A stretch of 64,000 nt of DNA from positions 33,642-97,641 of the forward strand of contig CAYWJX010000001.1 in assembly GCA_964459335.1 (NCBI GenBank), written 5' to 3'. The translations under genes and the position numbers were made by a program. Origin of the DNA: an uncultured Candidatus Saccharibacteria bacterium. GTDB lineage: Bacteria; Patescibacteriota; Minisyncoccia; Phycocordibacterales; SBAW01. Positions 49,696-59,275 of this stretch are shown piece after piece; positions within the stretch are counted from its first letter, which is position 1, and the number at the start of each line of letters is the position of its first letter. The notes beneath the pieces are model-generated. The model worked only from the letters and a program-made list of their open reading frames with translations, was not told the DNA's origin and did not search any database.

Positions 49696-50493
49696 ATGGC
49701 TGAACGCGCAAATATTATTGACGTAAAAAATCTTACCAAGACATTTGGGGAGATGCGCGCGGTCGACAATATATCTTTTTCCGTTGCCGAGGGCGAGCGG
49801 TTTGCCTTCCTCGGTCCCAACGGCGCCGGCAAGTCGACAACAATAAAAATGCTCACCACGCTACTTTCCCCCACTTCGGGCAGTATTGTACTTGCGGGAC
49901 ACAATCCGGTCGAGGATGCCGATGCCGCGCGCAAAAGCTTTGGCATCGTCTTCCAGGACCCGTCGCTCGACGAGGACTTGACCGCGTGGGAAAACATGGA
50001 GTTCCACGGCGTACTTTACAGCGTGCCAAAGGAAACGCGCCGCAAACGCATCGACGAACTTCTCAATTTTGTCGAGCTCTACGACCGCAAAGACAGTTTT
50101 GTGCGCGACTTCTCCGGCGGCATGAAGCGCCGGCTCGAGATAGCGCGCGGCCTTTTGCATCATCCAAAAATAATCTTCCTCGACGAGCCGACGCTCGGCC
50201 TCGACCCGCAAACCCGCAATCACATGTGGCAATATTTGGAAAAGTTAAACAAAGAGGAGGGTATCACCGTATTTTTTACTACACACTACATGGATGAGGC
50301 CGATAGGGTTGCCGAGCGCATTGCTATTATCGACCACGGCAAAATCATCGCTACCGGGAGCGGCGAAGAGTTAAAAAAGCAAACCGGCACCGCAACACTC
50401 GAAGACGCCTTCCTCAAACTCACCGGCAGTGAGATACGCGAAGAAGGCGCCGACTCGCTCGCGCATATGCGCATGCGGCACGGCGGAAGATAA
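49696..50493 (+). CDS. ABC transporter ATP-binding protein (ABC-2/DrrA-like)
   Basis: GPNGAGKSTT, FSGGMKRRLEIARGL and IFLDEPTLGLD. Confidence 0.9.
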   Translation: MAERANIIDVKNLTKTFGEMRAVDNISFSVAEGERFAFLGPNGAGKSTTIKMLTTLLSPTSGSIVLAGHNPVEDADAARKSFGIVFQDPSLDEDLTAWENMEFHGVLYSVPKETRRKRIDELLNFVELYDRKDSFVRDFSGGMKRRLEIARGLLHHPKIIFLDEPTLGLDPQTRNHMWQYLEKLNKEEGITVFFTTHYMDEADRVAERIAIIDHGKIIATGSGEELKKQTGTATLEDAFLKLTGSEIREEGADSLAHMRMRHGGR

Positions 50494-50503
50494 TTCACTA
50501 TAT

Positions 50504-51250
50504 ATGAACGCAATTTACATCATGTGGCTCCGCGAAGTTAAGCGTTTTTCGCGCTCCAAGTCGCGTATTGTAGGCTCGCTTATGCAACCGCTCCTCTTTT
50601 TAATTTCGTTTGGATACGGCTTTGGCGCGGTGTTTGCGGCGGCAGGCCAAGGCAGTTACATCAGTTTTTTGGCGCCCGGCATCATTGGCATGAGCATCAT
50701 CTTTACCTCCATCTTTAACGGCATGCAGGTCATTTGGGATAGACAATTTGGATTTCTCAAAGAAACGCTCGTAGCGCCCGTGCCACGCATCGCCATCATG
50801 TTTGGCCGCACATTGGGCGGCGCCACCGTGGCAACGCTCCAAGGCTGTATCGTGCTCGTGATGACGCTGTTTGTCGGCTTCCACCCCGTGTCGTGGGTGC
50901 TGGTCGTGCCGGCGATACTCATCATGCTTTTTATCGGGACGCTCTTTTCGGCGCTTGGCATGATGGTCGCCTCGCTCATGCGCGACATGCAGGGCTTCCA
51001 GCTGGTGATGAACTTTATGGTTATGCCGCTCTTCTTTCTCTCCGGCGCGCTCTTCCCGCTCACCTCGGTGCCGCAAGTCTTGCAGTGGATAGCGGCGGCC
51101 GACCCGCTCTCCTACGGCATCGACGCGATGCGCATCCTGCTCATTAACAACGCACACTACGGTTTGCCGCTCGACTTGGCCGTACTCACCGCTTTTACGC
51201 TCCTCTTTTTGAGCCTTGGTTCTTACTTCTTTTCAAAAATCCAAGTATAA
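50504..51250 (+). CDS. ABC-2 type transporter permease
   Basis: Six TM helices. The start is at MNAIYIMWLREVKRF. It is paired with the upstream ATPase. Confidence 0.8.
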   Translation: MNAIYIMWLREVKRFSRSKSRIVGSLMQPLLFLISFGYGFGAVFAAAGQGSYISFLAPGIIGMSIIFTSIFNGMQVIWDRQFGFLKETLVAPVPRIAIMFGRTLGGATVATLQGCIVLVMTLFVGFHPVSWVLVVPAILIMLFIGTLFSALGMMVASLMRDMQGFQLVMNFMVMPLFFLSGALFPLTSVPQVLQWIAAADPLSYGIDAMRILLINNAHYGLPLDLAVLTAFTLLFLSLGSYFFSKIQV

Positions 51251-51304
51251 TGGTGCGCACTGGAGCCGTGCACCTTCTTATAAACCTTTAACGTATACAG
51301 TGAT

Positions 51305-51751
51305 ATGAATAAAAACCAATTAATTGGGGTCATTGTCGCTTTAGTTGTAGTGGGCGGAGGAGCTTTTTATGGTGGTATGAGTTATGCGGGGAGTCAGACG
51401 CCTGCAAAGAGCAACACTTTTGCGGCGGGCGCGGGCGGCTTTGCGGGGCGCACCGGTGCTCGCGGCGCCGCGGGAGGCGGCTTTACGGCAGGTACCATCG
51501 TGGCAAGCAGTAACGGCAGTATCTCGATACAACAGCAAAACGGCTCGAGCACCGAGATAGTGCTTGTTGGTCCATCAACACAAATACTCAAGACAGTCGC
51601 GGGCAGTGCAAGTGATTTGAGCGTCGGTACCACGGTTACGATTACGGGCACCGGGAACAGCGACGGTTCAATGACCGCCAACTCAATCCAGATCCGCCCT
51701 GCAGGTATGGGTTTGCCCGGCCGCACTGCAACACCCGCGTCGGGACAATAA
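51305..51751 (+). CDS. Hypothetical secreted Gly/Ala-rich protein
   Basis: N-terminal TM/signal helix, then Gly-rich low complexity and a beta-rich domain. Confidence 0.4.
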   Translation: MNKNQLIGVIVALVVVGGGAFYGGMSYAGSQTPAKSNTFAAGAGGFAGRTGARGAAGGGFTAGTIVASSNGSISIQQQNGSSTEIVLVGPSTQILKTVAGSASDLSVGTTVTITGTGNSDGSMTANSIQIRPAGMGLPGRTATPASGQ

Positions 51752-51767
51752 TATATAGTTAGGAGTC

Positions 51768-52205
51768 ATGCTTCATCCTGTTGTTGTTTTAATTCATTTA
51801 ATGGCACTCGCAGTTGCCGGGTGCGGCGTACTTGTCGCCGACAAAGTAGGCCTTTCGTGGATACGCGGTAAAACGCGCATGCTCTCGCGCCGCACCCTGC
51901 ACATCCTGCACAAAACAATCTCGTATGCGCTTGCCACGCTCATTTTGAGCGGCCTCTATCTTTTTTGGCCTGTACGCGATTATCTGTTGCACCAAAATCT
52001 GTTTTTGTTAAAAATGTTTTTTGTTGCGGTACTCGTTATCAACTCACTAGTGATCGACAGGCTCATGTTGGTGGCAACTAAAGTGCCGTTTACGATGATA
52101 AGCGGCAAAGGCAAAGTGGTGCTCCTTATGAGCGGGGCAATTTCTTTTATCTGCTGGACTGGAGCGTTCATTGCCGCAGTACTCCTCTTTTTCTTTGGAC
52201 TATAA
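51768..52205 (+). CDS. Hypothetical membrane protein (145 aa)
   Basis: Four predicted TM helices. Confidence 0.4.
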   Translation: MLHPVVVLIHLMALAVAGCGVLVADKVGLSWIRGKTRMLSRRTLHILHKTISYALATLILSGLYLFWPVRDYLLHQNLFLLKMFFVAVLVINSLVIDRLMLVATKVPFTMISGKGKVVLLMSGAISFICWTGAFIAAVLLFFFGL

Positions 52206-52298
52206 AAATCAGCAAAAATAATGTCCAGAGAGGGTTAGACTGGGGGCTCGGCCCGGAGCGCGCTCTCGGGAGATTATTTTGCGGGGTTTTTATGTTGC

Positions 52299-52372
52299 TA
52301 GAAAAGCAAAAGTTTAATTTTGCTCCCCTTGGCAGCTCGCAGCGCTCCCAAAATTAAACTTTTGCTTTTCTA
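52299..52372. repeat. Hairpin element copy E (core variant 2), intergenic
   Basis: A perfect 24-bp inverted repeat tagaaaagcaaaagtttaattttg / caaaattaaacttttgcttttcta flanks ctccccttggcagctcgcagcgctcc. The right arm supplies the stop codon of the MBL gene. Confidence 0.75.
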
Positions 52373-53014
52373 AAATTCTCTACTTTCGCCGTCGGCTAGG
52401 CTCACATACTCGGTTTCGGGCACAAAGTTTTTTATAATCATCCCAACAAAGCCGCGTGAGCTTGGGGCTATCATGCCATCATGCACACCAAGAGCAATGC
52501 GCGCCTTAATTGCTTTTGCAAAATCGATGCACTCACTGAGCTTCATCCACGGGCCGGCAACCGGTAGTGCCAGCACCTCAACCGTTTTGTGCGGTTGCTC
52601 AAAATTATCGCCCGGGAAGTAAAAAGCGTTCGCCACCATATAGCCGGTGTTTTCGCACAGCCCCATGTTGGGCGGATACACGAGCGCGTGGTCTTTTCCA
52701 AAACCCTCTATCAACACTCCTTTTATGGAGACACTTTCTCCATCCCCCACTATCGTTACCGCGGGAGCTACATTGTCTTTTTTGACGAGTGCGGCAACGG
52801 CATTGTTGCACACCACGGTCGCATGGGGATTGTTTTTGAGCACGGCCGCAACCGACTCCGCGTGAAAGTGGTCACCATGCTCATGCGTAATAAGCACAAT
52901 ATCAATGCCGGTCAAATCATTTTGCGCGGTCGTATAACTCCCCGGGTCGGTCAACATCTTAACGCCATTGATATCCAATACTAAACAGCAATGTCCAAGT
53001 TTGGTGATAGTCAT
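52370..53014 (-). CDS. MBL-fold metallo-hydrolase
   Basis: LITHEHGDHF (HxHxDH) and downstream His/Asp ligands. Confidence 0.8.
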   Translation of the reverse strand: MTITKLGHCCLVLDINGVKMLTDPGSYTTAQNDLTGIDIVLITHEHGDHFHAESVAAVLKNNPHATVVCNNAVAALVKKDNVAPAVTIVGDGESVSIKGVLIEGFGKDHALVYPPNMGLCENTGYMVANAFYFPGDNFEQPHKTVEVLALPVAGPWMKLSECIDFAKAIKARIALGVHDGMIAPSSRGFVGMIIKNFVPETEYVSLADGESREF

Positions 53015-53036
53015 CGCTCCATTATACCAAATCTGC

Positions 53037-53327
53037 TTATTTATCTTCTCGATGGATACGAGTATGAATTTCTAATGCTTTAACTCGATGCCCTAAATTG
53101 GAAAGTTCCTCATGGTGATAGCCGAGACGCTTATGTACCTCGTCAAATTCTTCATGCATTTCAGTACCGAGTTTTTTGACTTCTGCCCGAATTAAAGTAG
53201 TTTCCCCAAAGAATTCTTCGCGCACTTCTTGAAAACCGCGTGCGGTCATAGCTGCCAAATCATCTATTGACTTTGCCACGGTTTCTAGTGTTATTTTTTT
53301 CTTCGCCATACATAAAGAGTATAGCAA
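53037..53327 (-). CDS. Hypothetical coiled-coil protein (96 aa)
   Basis: An ORF only. Confidence 0.4.
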   Translation of the reverse strand: MLYSLCMAKKKITLETVAKSIDDLAAMTARGFQEVREEFFGETTLIRAEVKKLGTEMHEEFDEVHKRLGYHHEELSNLGHRVKALEIHTRIHREDK

Positions 53328-53416
53328 CTATTTTCCTGCCTGCAAACGCAACGATTATGTTGGGACCATGACTGTAAAAGAAAATGCCACCTTGCGGGTG
53401 GCTTGAGGAAATTAGG

Positions 53417-53857
53417 TCACATCATCCCCTCAGTTAAAGACATAAGTTCTTGGGGAGGGATGAGCGACACAGCTTCGACTGTTGGTTGTGGAACAGTAGT
53501 ACACCAGAGTCCGGGTCCGCTATCCCTAACTCTTTTGAATATCGACGGGTCAACACGACATTTGTAGGGTGCAATTGGATTACGCGTCGCATCTTCCGCA
53601 GGACAAGCAAAGCTGTCCGGAACTTCGTTGGGCATTTGCCCCCAATACTGACGAATACATTTCTGCAACTGTTTTTCGTCGGTATGAAGGGAACAGAATT
53701 TGCCCTCGATTGTTGGGTTGCCAGATTTCTTGATAGACCAGAGTTGGCACACCAGTACGTTGTCCATCGATGCTTCGAGTTGACACTCGGATGGTTTGTC
53801 CTCTTCTCTTGAAGCTGACCTGATCAGCGTTTCATCGGAGAATCCTTCGGCTATCAT
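53417..53857 (-). CDS. Hypothetical Cys-rich protein (146 aa)
   Basis: An ORF only. Confidence 0.4.
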   Translation of the reverse strand: MIAEGFSDETLIRSASREEDKPSECQLEASMDNVLVCQLWSIKKSGNPTIEGKFCSLHTDEKQLQKCIRQYWGQMPNEVPDSFACPAEDATRNPIAPYKCRVDPSIFKRVRDSGPGLWCTTVPQPTVEAVSLIPPQELMSLTEGMM

Positions 53858-53967
53858 GACTTTCTCCCGTATTTGCTCATCGGGTAACTAACCAAAAAAG
53901 ATATTACAACAATATACTTAAAAAATCGATAGCATCGATTTTACAAAATTATTGCTATACTTATGGT

Positions 53968-54780
53968 ATGTCCGCACGACATATTGGCACGCATCATCAC
54001 CGCATGATGAGTTATCCGCGCTCGCTTGTCCAAAGCGTGTATACGATCTTTTTCTTCCCGCTCCTCACCGTGGCACTAGCGGCGGTTTTTTTGCGCGGGT
54101 TTGCCGCTGTGGTGCCTGCCGAACAGCTTTCGTTCGGCGCCGTGCTGGTTGCGCTTGCCCTCACGTTTATAAGGCTCCTGATTGCTTATCTTTTTTCAAT
54201 TGCCTTTGCCATCCCGCTTGCGCTCCTCGTAACCGAGAGCGCGTGGGCCGAGCGCGTGTTTTTGCCCGTGTTTGACATCATGCAGTCGGTCCCGGTGCTC
54301 GCGTTTTTCCCCGTCATCATCGTCTTTTTTGTGCACTACGGTCTCTACAGTAGCGCCGCTATTTTTATCCTTTTCCTCAGCATGCTGTGGAACATTGTGT
54401 TTTCGCTCGTGGGAGGCTTGCACTCGATACCCACCGACATCAAGTCGGTTGGCGCGCTCTTTGGCTTGCGCGGGTTTGCGTATCTTAAAAAAATCATCTT
54501 GCCAAGCGTCTTCCCCTACCTCATAACCGGCTCGCTCCTCGCGTGGGCGCAAGGATGGAACATTGTGATTGTTGCGGAGGTGCTCCATGTGTACATCCCC
54601 GGCGCTACGGCAAGCAGTGATATTGTGGGTATCGGCAGTATGTTGGTGCACGCATCGGCGGCGGGGGCTACGCAGGCGTTTCTTTTAGCGATAGCCGCGC
54701 TCGTGACCGCTGTTGCACTTATAAACTTTTTTGTCTGGCAGAGACTCTTAAAATATGCAGAACGATTTAGATTTGAATAA
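53968..54780 (+). CDS. ABC transporter permease (binding-protein-dependent, NitT/TauT-like)
   Basis: Six TM helices and an EAA-like loop. It overlaps the start of the downstream ATPase. Confidence 0.75.
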   Translation: MSARHIGTHHHRMMSYPRSLVQSVYTIFFFPLLTVALAAVFLRGFAAVVPAEQLSFGAVLVALALTFIRLLIAYLFSIAFAIPLALLVTESAWAERVFLPVFDIMQSVPVLAFFPVIIVFFVHYGLYSSAAIFILFLSMLWNIVFSLVGGLHSIPTDIKSVGALFGLRGFAYLKKIILPSVFPYLITGSLLAWAQGWNIVIVAEVLHVYIPGATASSDIVGIGSMLVHASAAGATQAFLLAIAALVTAVALINFFVWQRLLKYAERFRFE

Positions 54781-55492
54781 AAACAAAGATGCCATCGTGC
54801 TCGAGCACGTAAGCAAACTCTACCCCGAGGCCGAGAGCTCCGCACTGGTAGGCGTTTCGCTCACCGTAAAACCAGCCGAGTTTGTGTGCATCATCGGGCC
54901 CTCGGGCTGCGGCAAATCAACCTTGGTAAAAATAATCGCGCGGCTCGAGCGTGCAACCACCGGCACGGTGGAGTTGCCGCAAAAAGTGGGCCTCGTGTTC
55001 CAAAGCGGGGCGCTCCTGCCGTGGCTCACGGTTGAGGAAAACGCCGCGTTTGGCCTCCGTGCCGAGCATGCGGCCGAGGCAGTGGTGCGGGAGCGCGTCA
55101 AAAAATATCTTGCAATGGTCGGGCTCGAAGCGTTTGCAAAAAAATATCCGCACGAACTCTCGGGCGGCCAGCGCCAGCGCGTGGGCATTGCGCGCGCACT
55201 CGCCCCGGAGCCGCAAGTGCTTTTGCTCGACGAGCCTTTTTCGGCACTCGACCCAAAAACAACCGAGGAGCTCCATAAAGACGTCTTGGCCATTTGGCGC
55301 GAGACAAAAATTACCGTCGTGATGGTCTCGCACCTCATTGAGGAGGCAGTATCGCTTGGCGAGCGCGTCGTGCTGATGAAAGACGGCAAAATTGAGGAGA
55401 TATATACCATCGGCCTCCCCTATCCGAGGCGCGAGAGCGGCATAGCCTTCCACGACACGGTCCAAAAAATCCGCGCCAAATTTTTTGCCTAG
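54755..55492 (+). CDS. ABC transporter ATP-binding protein (NitT/TauT family)
   Basis: GPSGCGKSTL, LSGGQRQRVGIARAL and LLLDEPFSALD. Confidence 0.9.
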   Translation: MQNDLDLNKNKDAIVLEHVSKLYPEAESSALVGVSLTVKPAEFVCIIGPSGCGKSTLVKIIARLERATTGTVELPQKVGLVFQSGALLPWLTVEENAAFGLRAEHAAEAVVRERVKKYLAMVGLEAFAKKYPHELSGGQRQRVGIARALAPEPQVLLLDEPFSALDPKTTEELHKDVLAIWRETKITVVMVSHLIEEAVSLGERVVLMKDGKIEEIYTIGLPYPRRESGIAFHDTVQKIRAKFFA

Positions 55493-55494
55493 TA

Positions 55495-56127
55495 TTATTT
55501 ATTTTTAACGCGCAGTAGCCACCACAATACAAAGCTTGCTACCAGGAGACATCCTAAAGTAAAGGCCCATGCGGCGGCGACTATCAATGTCAGTGCACCT
55601 TCGCGCACCTCAACCTCGCGCAAGCTCCTGCCTGCGGCCACGTAGAGCGGGCCATCTGGCGCGGGGATGTACACCAGCACAACTGCTTGCCGCACGCTAG
55701 GCGTTGGTTGCCACGTAAAACGGTACTCATCATTCTTCCATACGGGCTCATCTATCAACGCATGGGCATGCGTGTCAAACACGCCTTGCGGCAAGCTGGG
55801 CGCACTGCCGCCGAGCGTTGCATTGGAGCCAATAATGTTGCCATAGCCGTTGTAAACGGCCACCCACGGCGCGAGCGAGTTGGCAACATCAACCGTACCA
55901 CTTGGCACCACGAGGCTCGGGCTTGTGCCTGCCACAATCTGTGCGGCCGCGTCCTCGGCCATTTGTATTTGCGGGTCGTTGGCGTTTTGCCGATAGTTTT
56001 GTTGTACCGCGCCGTATATCAAGGCGCATATACCTGTGACGGCAATTGCCGCGTATAGCCACCACAAGAACGGCTCCCACAGAGTGTTTTTAATCATATC
56101 TAGATGATAACGCGCCAGAGAGCACAT
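55495..56127 (-). CDS. Hypothetical membrane-anchored protein
   Basis: N-terminal and C-terminal TM helices with a periplasmic middle. The start is possibly MIKNTLWEPF. Confidence 0.45.
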   Translation of the reverse strand: MCSLARYHLDMIKNTLWEPFLWWLYAAIAVTGICALIYGAVQQNYRQNANDPQIQMAEDAAAQIVAGTSPSLVVPSGTVDVANSLAPWVAVYNGYGNIIGSNATLGGSAPSLPQGVFDTHAHALIDEPVWKNDEYRFTWQPTPSVRQAVVLVYIPAPDGPLYVAAGRSLREVEVREGALTLIVAAAWAFTLGCLLVASFVLWWLLRVKNK

Positions 56128-56148
56128 GCGTTACGGGAGTAGCAAATG

Positions 56149-56298
56149 TTAGAGCGGATTTTCGCCGCGGATAAGACGGATGAGTATCATGATAATTGCC
56201 AACACGAGCAGTATATAAATAAACCCGCCGAGCGTGTACGAGGTTACGACACCGAGGAGCCACAAAATGATAAGAATGATCGCGATGGTGTATAGCAT
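56149..56298 (-). CDS. Small membrane protein (49 aa); below the ORF-track cutoff
   Basis: MLYTIAIILIILWLLGVVTSYTLGGFIYILLVLAIIMILIRLIRGENPL, with two TM helices. Confidence 0.45.
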   Translation of the reverse strand: MLYTIAIILIILWLLGVVTSYTLGGFIYILLVLAIIMILIRLIRGENPL

Positions 56299-56371
56299 AC
56301 GAAAAAAGTTATTTAATAAAGATATCTCAGTATGCCGACATCTTCATGTGGTGTAGATGAAGAGCTCAGCT

Positions 56372-56677
56372 TTACTTCTCTCCGGACAGCATCTGCGCGG
56401 TTTGCTCTTTGAGTGCCTTTTCTATCCGGCCTTCAAACATCCGCATCATGAGGGGGAGTTTTGCGTTGATATCAAACACCGTGTCGCGCACCTCGAGCGT
56501 GCCACCAATGCTTTGCCCTTGGATGTCGGCCACAAAGTTGAGCGTGTCGCCTACCCACTCCTCCTTTTCGATCTTCGCTTTGTCGCCAAGATGCGGGCGC
56601 ATTTCAATAAGTGCGGCTTTAACGCGAGCCGTCGCCTCGGTTTTGGTTTTAAACTTGTGCGGGATGTCTAGATGCAT
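56372..56677 (-). CDS. Polyhydroxyalkanoic-acid-system (PHA_gran_rgn)-like small protein, tentative
   Basis: About 100 aa. The N-terminus MHLDIPHKFKTKTEATARVKAAL fits that family pattern, but the assignment is weak. Confidence 0.35.
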   Translation of the reverse strand: MHLDIPHKFKTKTEATARVKAALIEMRPHLGDKAKIEKEEWVGDTLNFVADIQGQSIGGTLEVRDTVFDINAKLPLMMRMFEGRIEKALKEQTAQMLSGEK

Positions 56678-56693
56678 AGGTTTGTTAGTATAT

Positions 56694-56767
56694 CAAAAAA
56701 ACAGAAATTTGATTTTGTGAGCGCTGCGAGCTGCCAAGGGGAGCAAAATTAAACTTTTGTTTTTTTG
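56694..56767. repeat. Hairpin element copy F (core variant 2, opposite orientation to E), intergenic
   Basis: The inverted repeat caaaaaaacagaaatttgattttg / caaaattaaacttttgtttttttg (3 mismatches) flanks tgagcgctgcgagctgccaaggggag. The arms are related to those of copy E. Confidence 0.7.
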
Positions 56768-56785
56768 AAAACTCAGCATGTTCTT

Positions 56786-57556
56786 TTATATTTGCGAAAC
56801 ATCCCTACGCGCTAGCGCTTCGGGATGTTTCGCACTCCACGCAAAGAGCGCAACCGCCGCCGAGGCGGCCACGTTGAGCGACTCGCAGCGCGGGTGCATC
56901 GGTATAGAGAGTGTTGTGTCACAAAGCGCGCGAACATTGGCCTCAATGCCGGCTCCTTCGTTGCCAAACACAAAGAGCCCCGCCTTTGCAAAAGGCTCAG
57001 TCTCGATGCTGTGCGAGCCTTTGCCGGCCAGCGCGTAGATGGTCATGCCGCGTTTTTTGAGCATCGCCAAGGCTTGCGGGACGTTCTCTACCATCACGAG
57101 CGGCACTCTAAAAGCCATGCCCGCCGACACTTTGATAACTGCCGCGGTAACCGGCGAGGCGCCTTGCGCTTGCATGAGTACTCCGCTCGCGCCAAACGCG
57201 GCGGCCGAGCGGATAATCGCGCCGGCGTTGTGCGGGTCTTGCACGCCGCTCAAAAAAACGAGGCTAGTCGATGGCGTAATTTCGAGCCCTTCTAAAAACT
57301 TTTCAAAAGGTACTACCAAATTTTGCAAAGAAAGTTGCGCGACAATCCCCTGCTGGGCGTTGCCGCCTTTAATGTCGGCGCGCGTGACACCTTTGTTGAG
57401 CGGCGCTTTTTCGACTCCGCTCTGTTCAACAAACTTCATGAGCTCGGGGTCGGTAAACCCGCGCTCAACATAAACGCGCACCACCGCGTGGGGCGAGTGT
57501 AAAATAGCCTCCCGCACAGCATGCTTGCCATATATATAGAGCTTGTTTGTTTTCAT
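56786..57556 (-). CDS. rlmB: SpoU/TrmH-family RNA 2'-O-methyltransferase (RlmB-like)
   Basis: An N-terminal substrate-binding domain plus SPOUT motifs (LSGVQDPHNAGAIIRSAAAFG, LFVFGNEGAGI, ESLNVAASAAVALF). Confidence 0.8.
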   Translation of the reverse strand: MKTNKLYIYGKHAVREAILHSPHAVVRVYVERGFTDPELMKFVEQSGVEKAPLNKGVTRADIKGGNAQQGIVAQLSLQNLVVPFEKFLEGLEITPSTSLVFLSGVQDPHNAGAIIRSAAAFGASGVLMQAQGASPVTAAVIKVSAGMAFRVPLVMVENVPQALAMLKKRGMTIYALAGKGSHSIETEPFAKAGLFVFGNEGAGIEANVRALCDTTLSIPMHPRCESLNVAASAAVALFAWSAKHPEALARRDVSQI

Positions 57557-57818
57557 AGCAGCGTAATATCCCCAAGATACAGCAAATATGTCTAACTAGC
57601 CACCCAGCAAGCAAAAAGAAAACAGCCCTTTTGGGCTGATAAGATAAGTGGCGAGTGGGGACAAGGCCGCACATCAACGCATGCCAAGTTCCTTCTCTTC
57701 CCCGGATTGTCACGCGCACATAGAACCGCGCTTTTACCTTTTAAGAAAGATCGGGTACTCTCGCCACCCAAAAGTATACAAGTTTTAAGGGCGATATTGA
57801 AGCATCTATATTAAAAAG

Positions 57819-58127
57819 TCACTTTTTTGTCTTAGCTCTTTTATTAAGTATCCCTTGTACCGAGGGGCTGATTTTTTTGTCGGTACGATGAATACACCCA
57901 ATCCAACAACACGGCCGGCGCATGCCCTCTTTAAGCTCCGACACCACTCTCTTTATATGATTGCTCCTCGTCTCCGGCGTTTTAACGGAGATAGTCCAGC
58001 AAATCCACTCATTGCGCGCAAGCGGTGTGAGGCTCTCCCACACGGCGAGCGCTTTGGTGTCGGCAGCAAGAGCTTTCCGCAAATCCGGCGGCAAGGTGTG
58101 CACGACACCTCCGGCAAGTTTTTTCAT
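57819..58127 (-). CDS. YdeI/OmpD-associated family protein
   Basis: LPPDLRKALAADTKALAVWESLTPLARNEWICWTISVKTPETRSNHIKRVV fits that family. Confidence 0.55.
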   Translation of the reverse strand: MKKLAGGVVHTLPPDLRKALAADTKALAVWESLTPLARNEWICWTISVKTPETRSNHIKRVVSELKEGMRRPCCWIGCIHRTDKKISPSVQGILNKRAKTKK

Positions 58128-58130
58128 ACG

Positions 58131-58310
58131 CTACTTCCAGCGGTAGACGTGGGCTGCAATGTACATCGCGAGCATCCCGATGAAAAATCCGGCGCACACG
58201 CCAAGCGCATCATGGAAGCGGGGCGCACCCCACATCCACACTCCATACAGGAGCACTACCCACACAACAATGCACGCGAGTACATACACATAGAGAGGGC
58301 GTTTGTTCAT
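58131..58310 (-). CDS. Small membrane protein (59 aa); below the ORF-track cutoff
   Basis: MNKRPLYVYVLACIVVWVVLLYGVWMWGAPRFHDALGVCAGFFIGMLAMYIAAHVYRWK. Confidence 0.4.
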   Translation of the reverse strand: MNKRPLYVYVLACIVVWVVLLYGVWMWGAPRFHDALGVCAGFFIGMLAMYIAAHVYRWK

Positions 58311-58342
58311 AAAGAAATTATATCATTTAAACGCGTATGCCA

Positions 58343-59020
58343 TTACCACACAAACGGCACCAAGCGGCATCTCACTTGTCTTTTGTACTCGAGATAACCG
58401 GAAAGATCTCTTGCTAAAACTCGTTCTTCGTCGAGGAGCCTCCAGATAATAACAGCCGTTATGGGGATGATTGTTAAGACTCCCCACCACGAACCAAGCG
58501 CAAGGGGTGTACCTATGAGGAGAATAAGCGCCCCAATGTACATCGGATGGCGCACCCATGCATACGGCCCTGTTGCTATGACCTTTTGTCCGGTTGTCAC
58601 TTCTACCAATGCCGATGCATACGTATTTTCTTTAAATACGAGAAATACAATATAGAAACCGATAACAACAAGGATGTCACCCGCTATGTTTACATACGGC
58701 GGTACTATGGACCATCCGAAGCGATGATCAAGCACCGGGAAAATGATCACCAAGAGAAATGAGGCTTGGGCGAGCGATTGTATTATCTTTTGGCTTGTCT
58801 CTTTCTCATCGGTGGGACCGACGGTGATGCGCCGTTCCAAGAGCGCAGGATCCATTTTCATCAGATAAATCGTGATCGCGAAGGCAGACCCGAAGAACGC
58901 AATAAGAAAGACCCAGGCCTGCCAGTAATCGAGTGTCCATGCCGAGCCAAACAGTACTGCCGCGGTAATAACGAGAAGTGTAAAAGATCCAATAAACGCT
59001 TTTACGTTAACTCTTTTCAT
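58343..59020 (-). CDS. Isoprenylcysteine carboxyl methyltransferase / phospholipid methyltransferase family protein
   Basis: GPYAWVRHPMYIGALILLIGTPLALGSWW is the ICMT/PEMT C-terminal signature. Confidence 0.75.
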   Translation of the reverse strand: MKRVNVKAFIGSFTLLVITAAVLFGSAWTLDYWQAWVFLIAFFGSAFAITIYLMKMDPALLERRITVGPTDEKETSQKIIQSLAQASFLLVIIFPVLDHRFGWSIVPPYVNIAGDILVVIGFYIVFLVFKENTYASALVEVTTGQKVIATGPYAWVRHPMYIGALILLIGTPLALGSWWGVLTIIPITAVIIWRLLDEERVLARDLSGYLEYKRQVRCRLVPFVW

Positions 59021-59178
59021 TATTTGAATGCGTAAGCCATCAATACGATAGTCAAAGCATTCAAAATTACCAACGCTGTCGCTGTCTGCACGCGTGTTGG
59101 TAAAGGGTTCATCAAGATATAAACCGTGTAAAGTATTGCGACAATCGCCGCACCAATAAAATTTCCTCTTATTATCAT
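59020..59178 (-). CDS. Small membrane protein (52 aa); below the ORF-track cutoff
   Basis: MIIRGNFIGAAIVAILYTVYILMNPLPTRVQTATALVILNALTIVLMAYAFK. Its stop overlaps the ICMT start. Confidence 0.35.
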   Translation of the reverse strand: MIIRGNFIGAAIVAILYTVYILMNPLPTRVQTATALVILNALTIVLMAYAFK

Positions 59179-59275
59179 ATAGTGTCGCTTAGATTAGTTA
59201 ATACCCTAAGTATAGCAGAGCATTTACACGGCGGGAGCAATGTGGCAGAATGGCGCCGGACAGATCAACGCGAGA

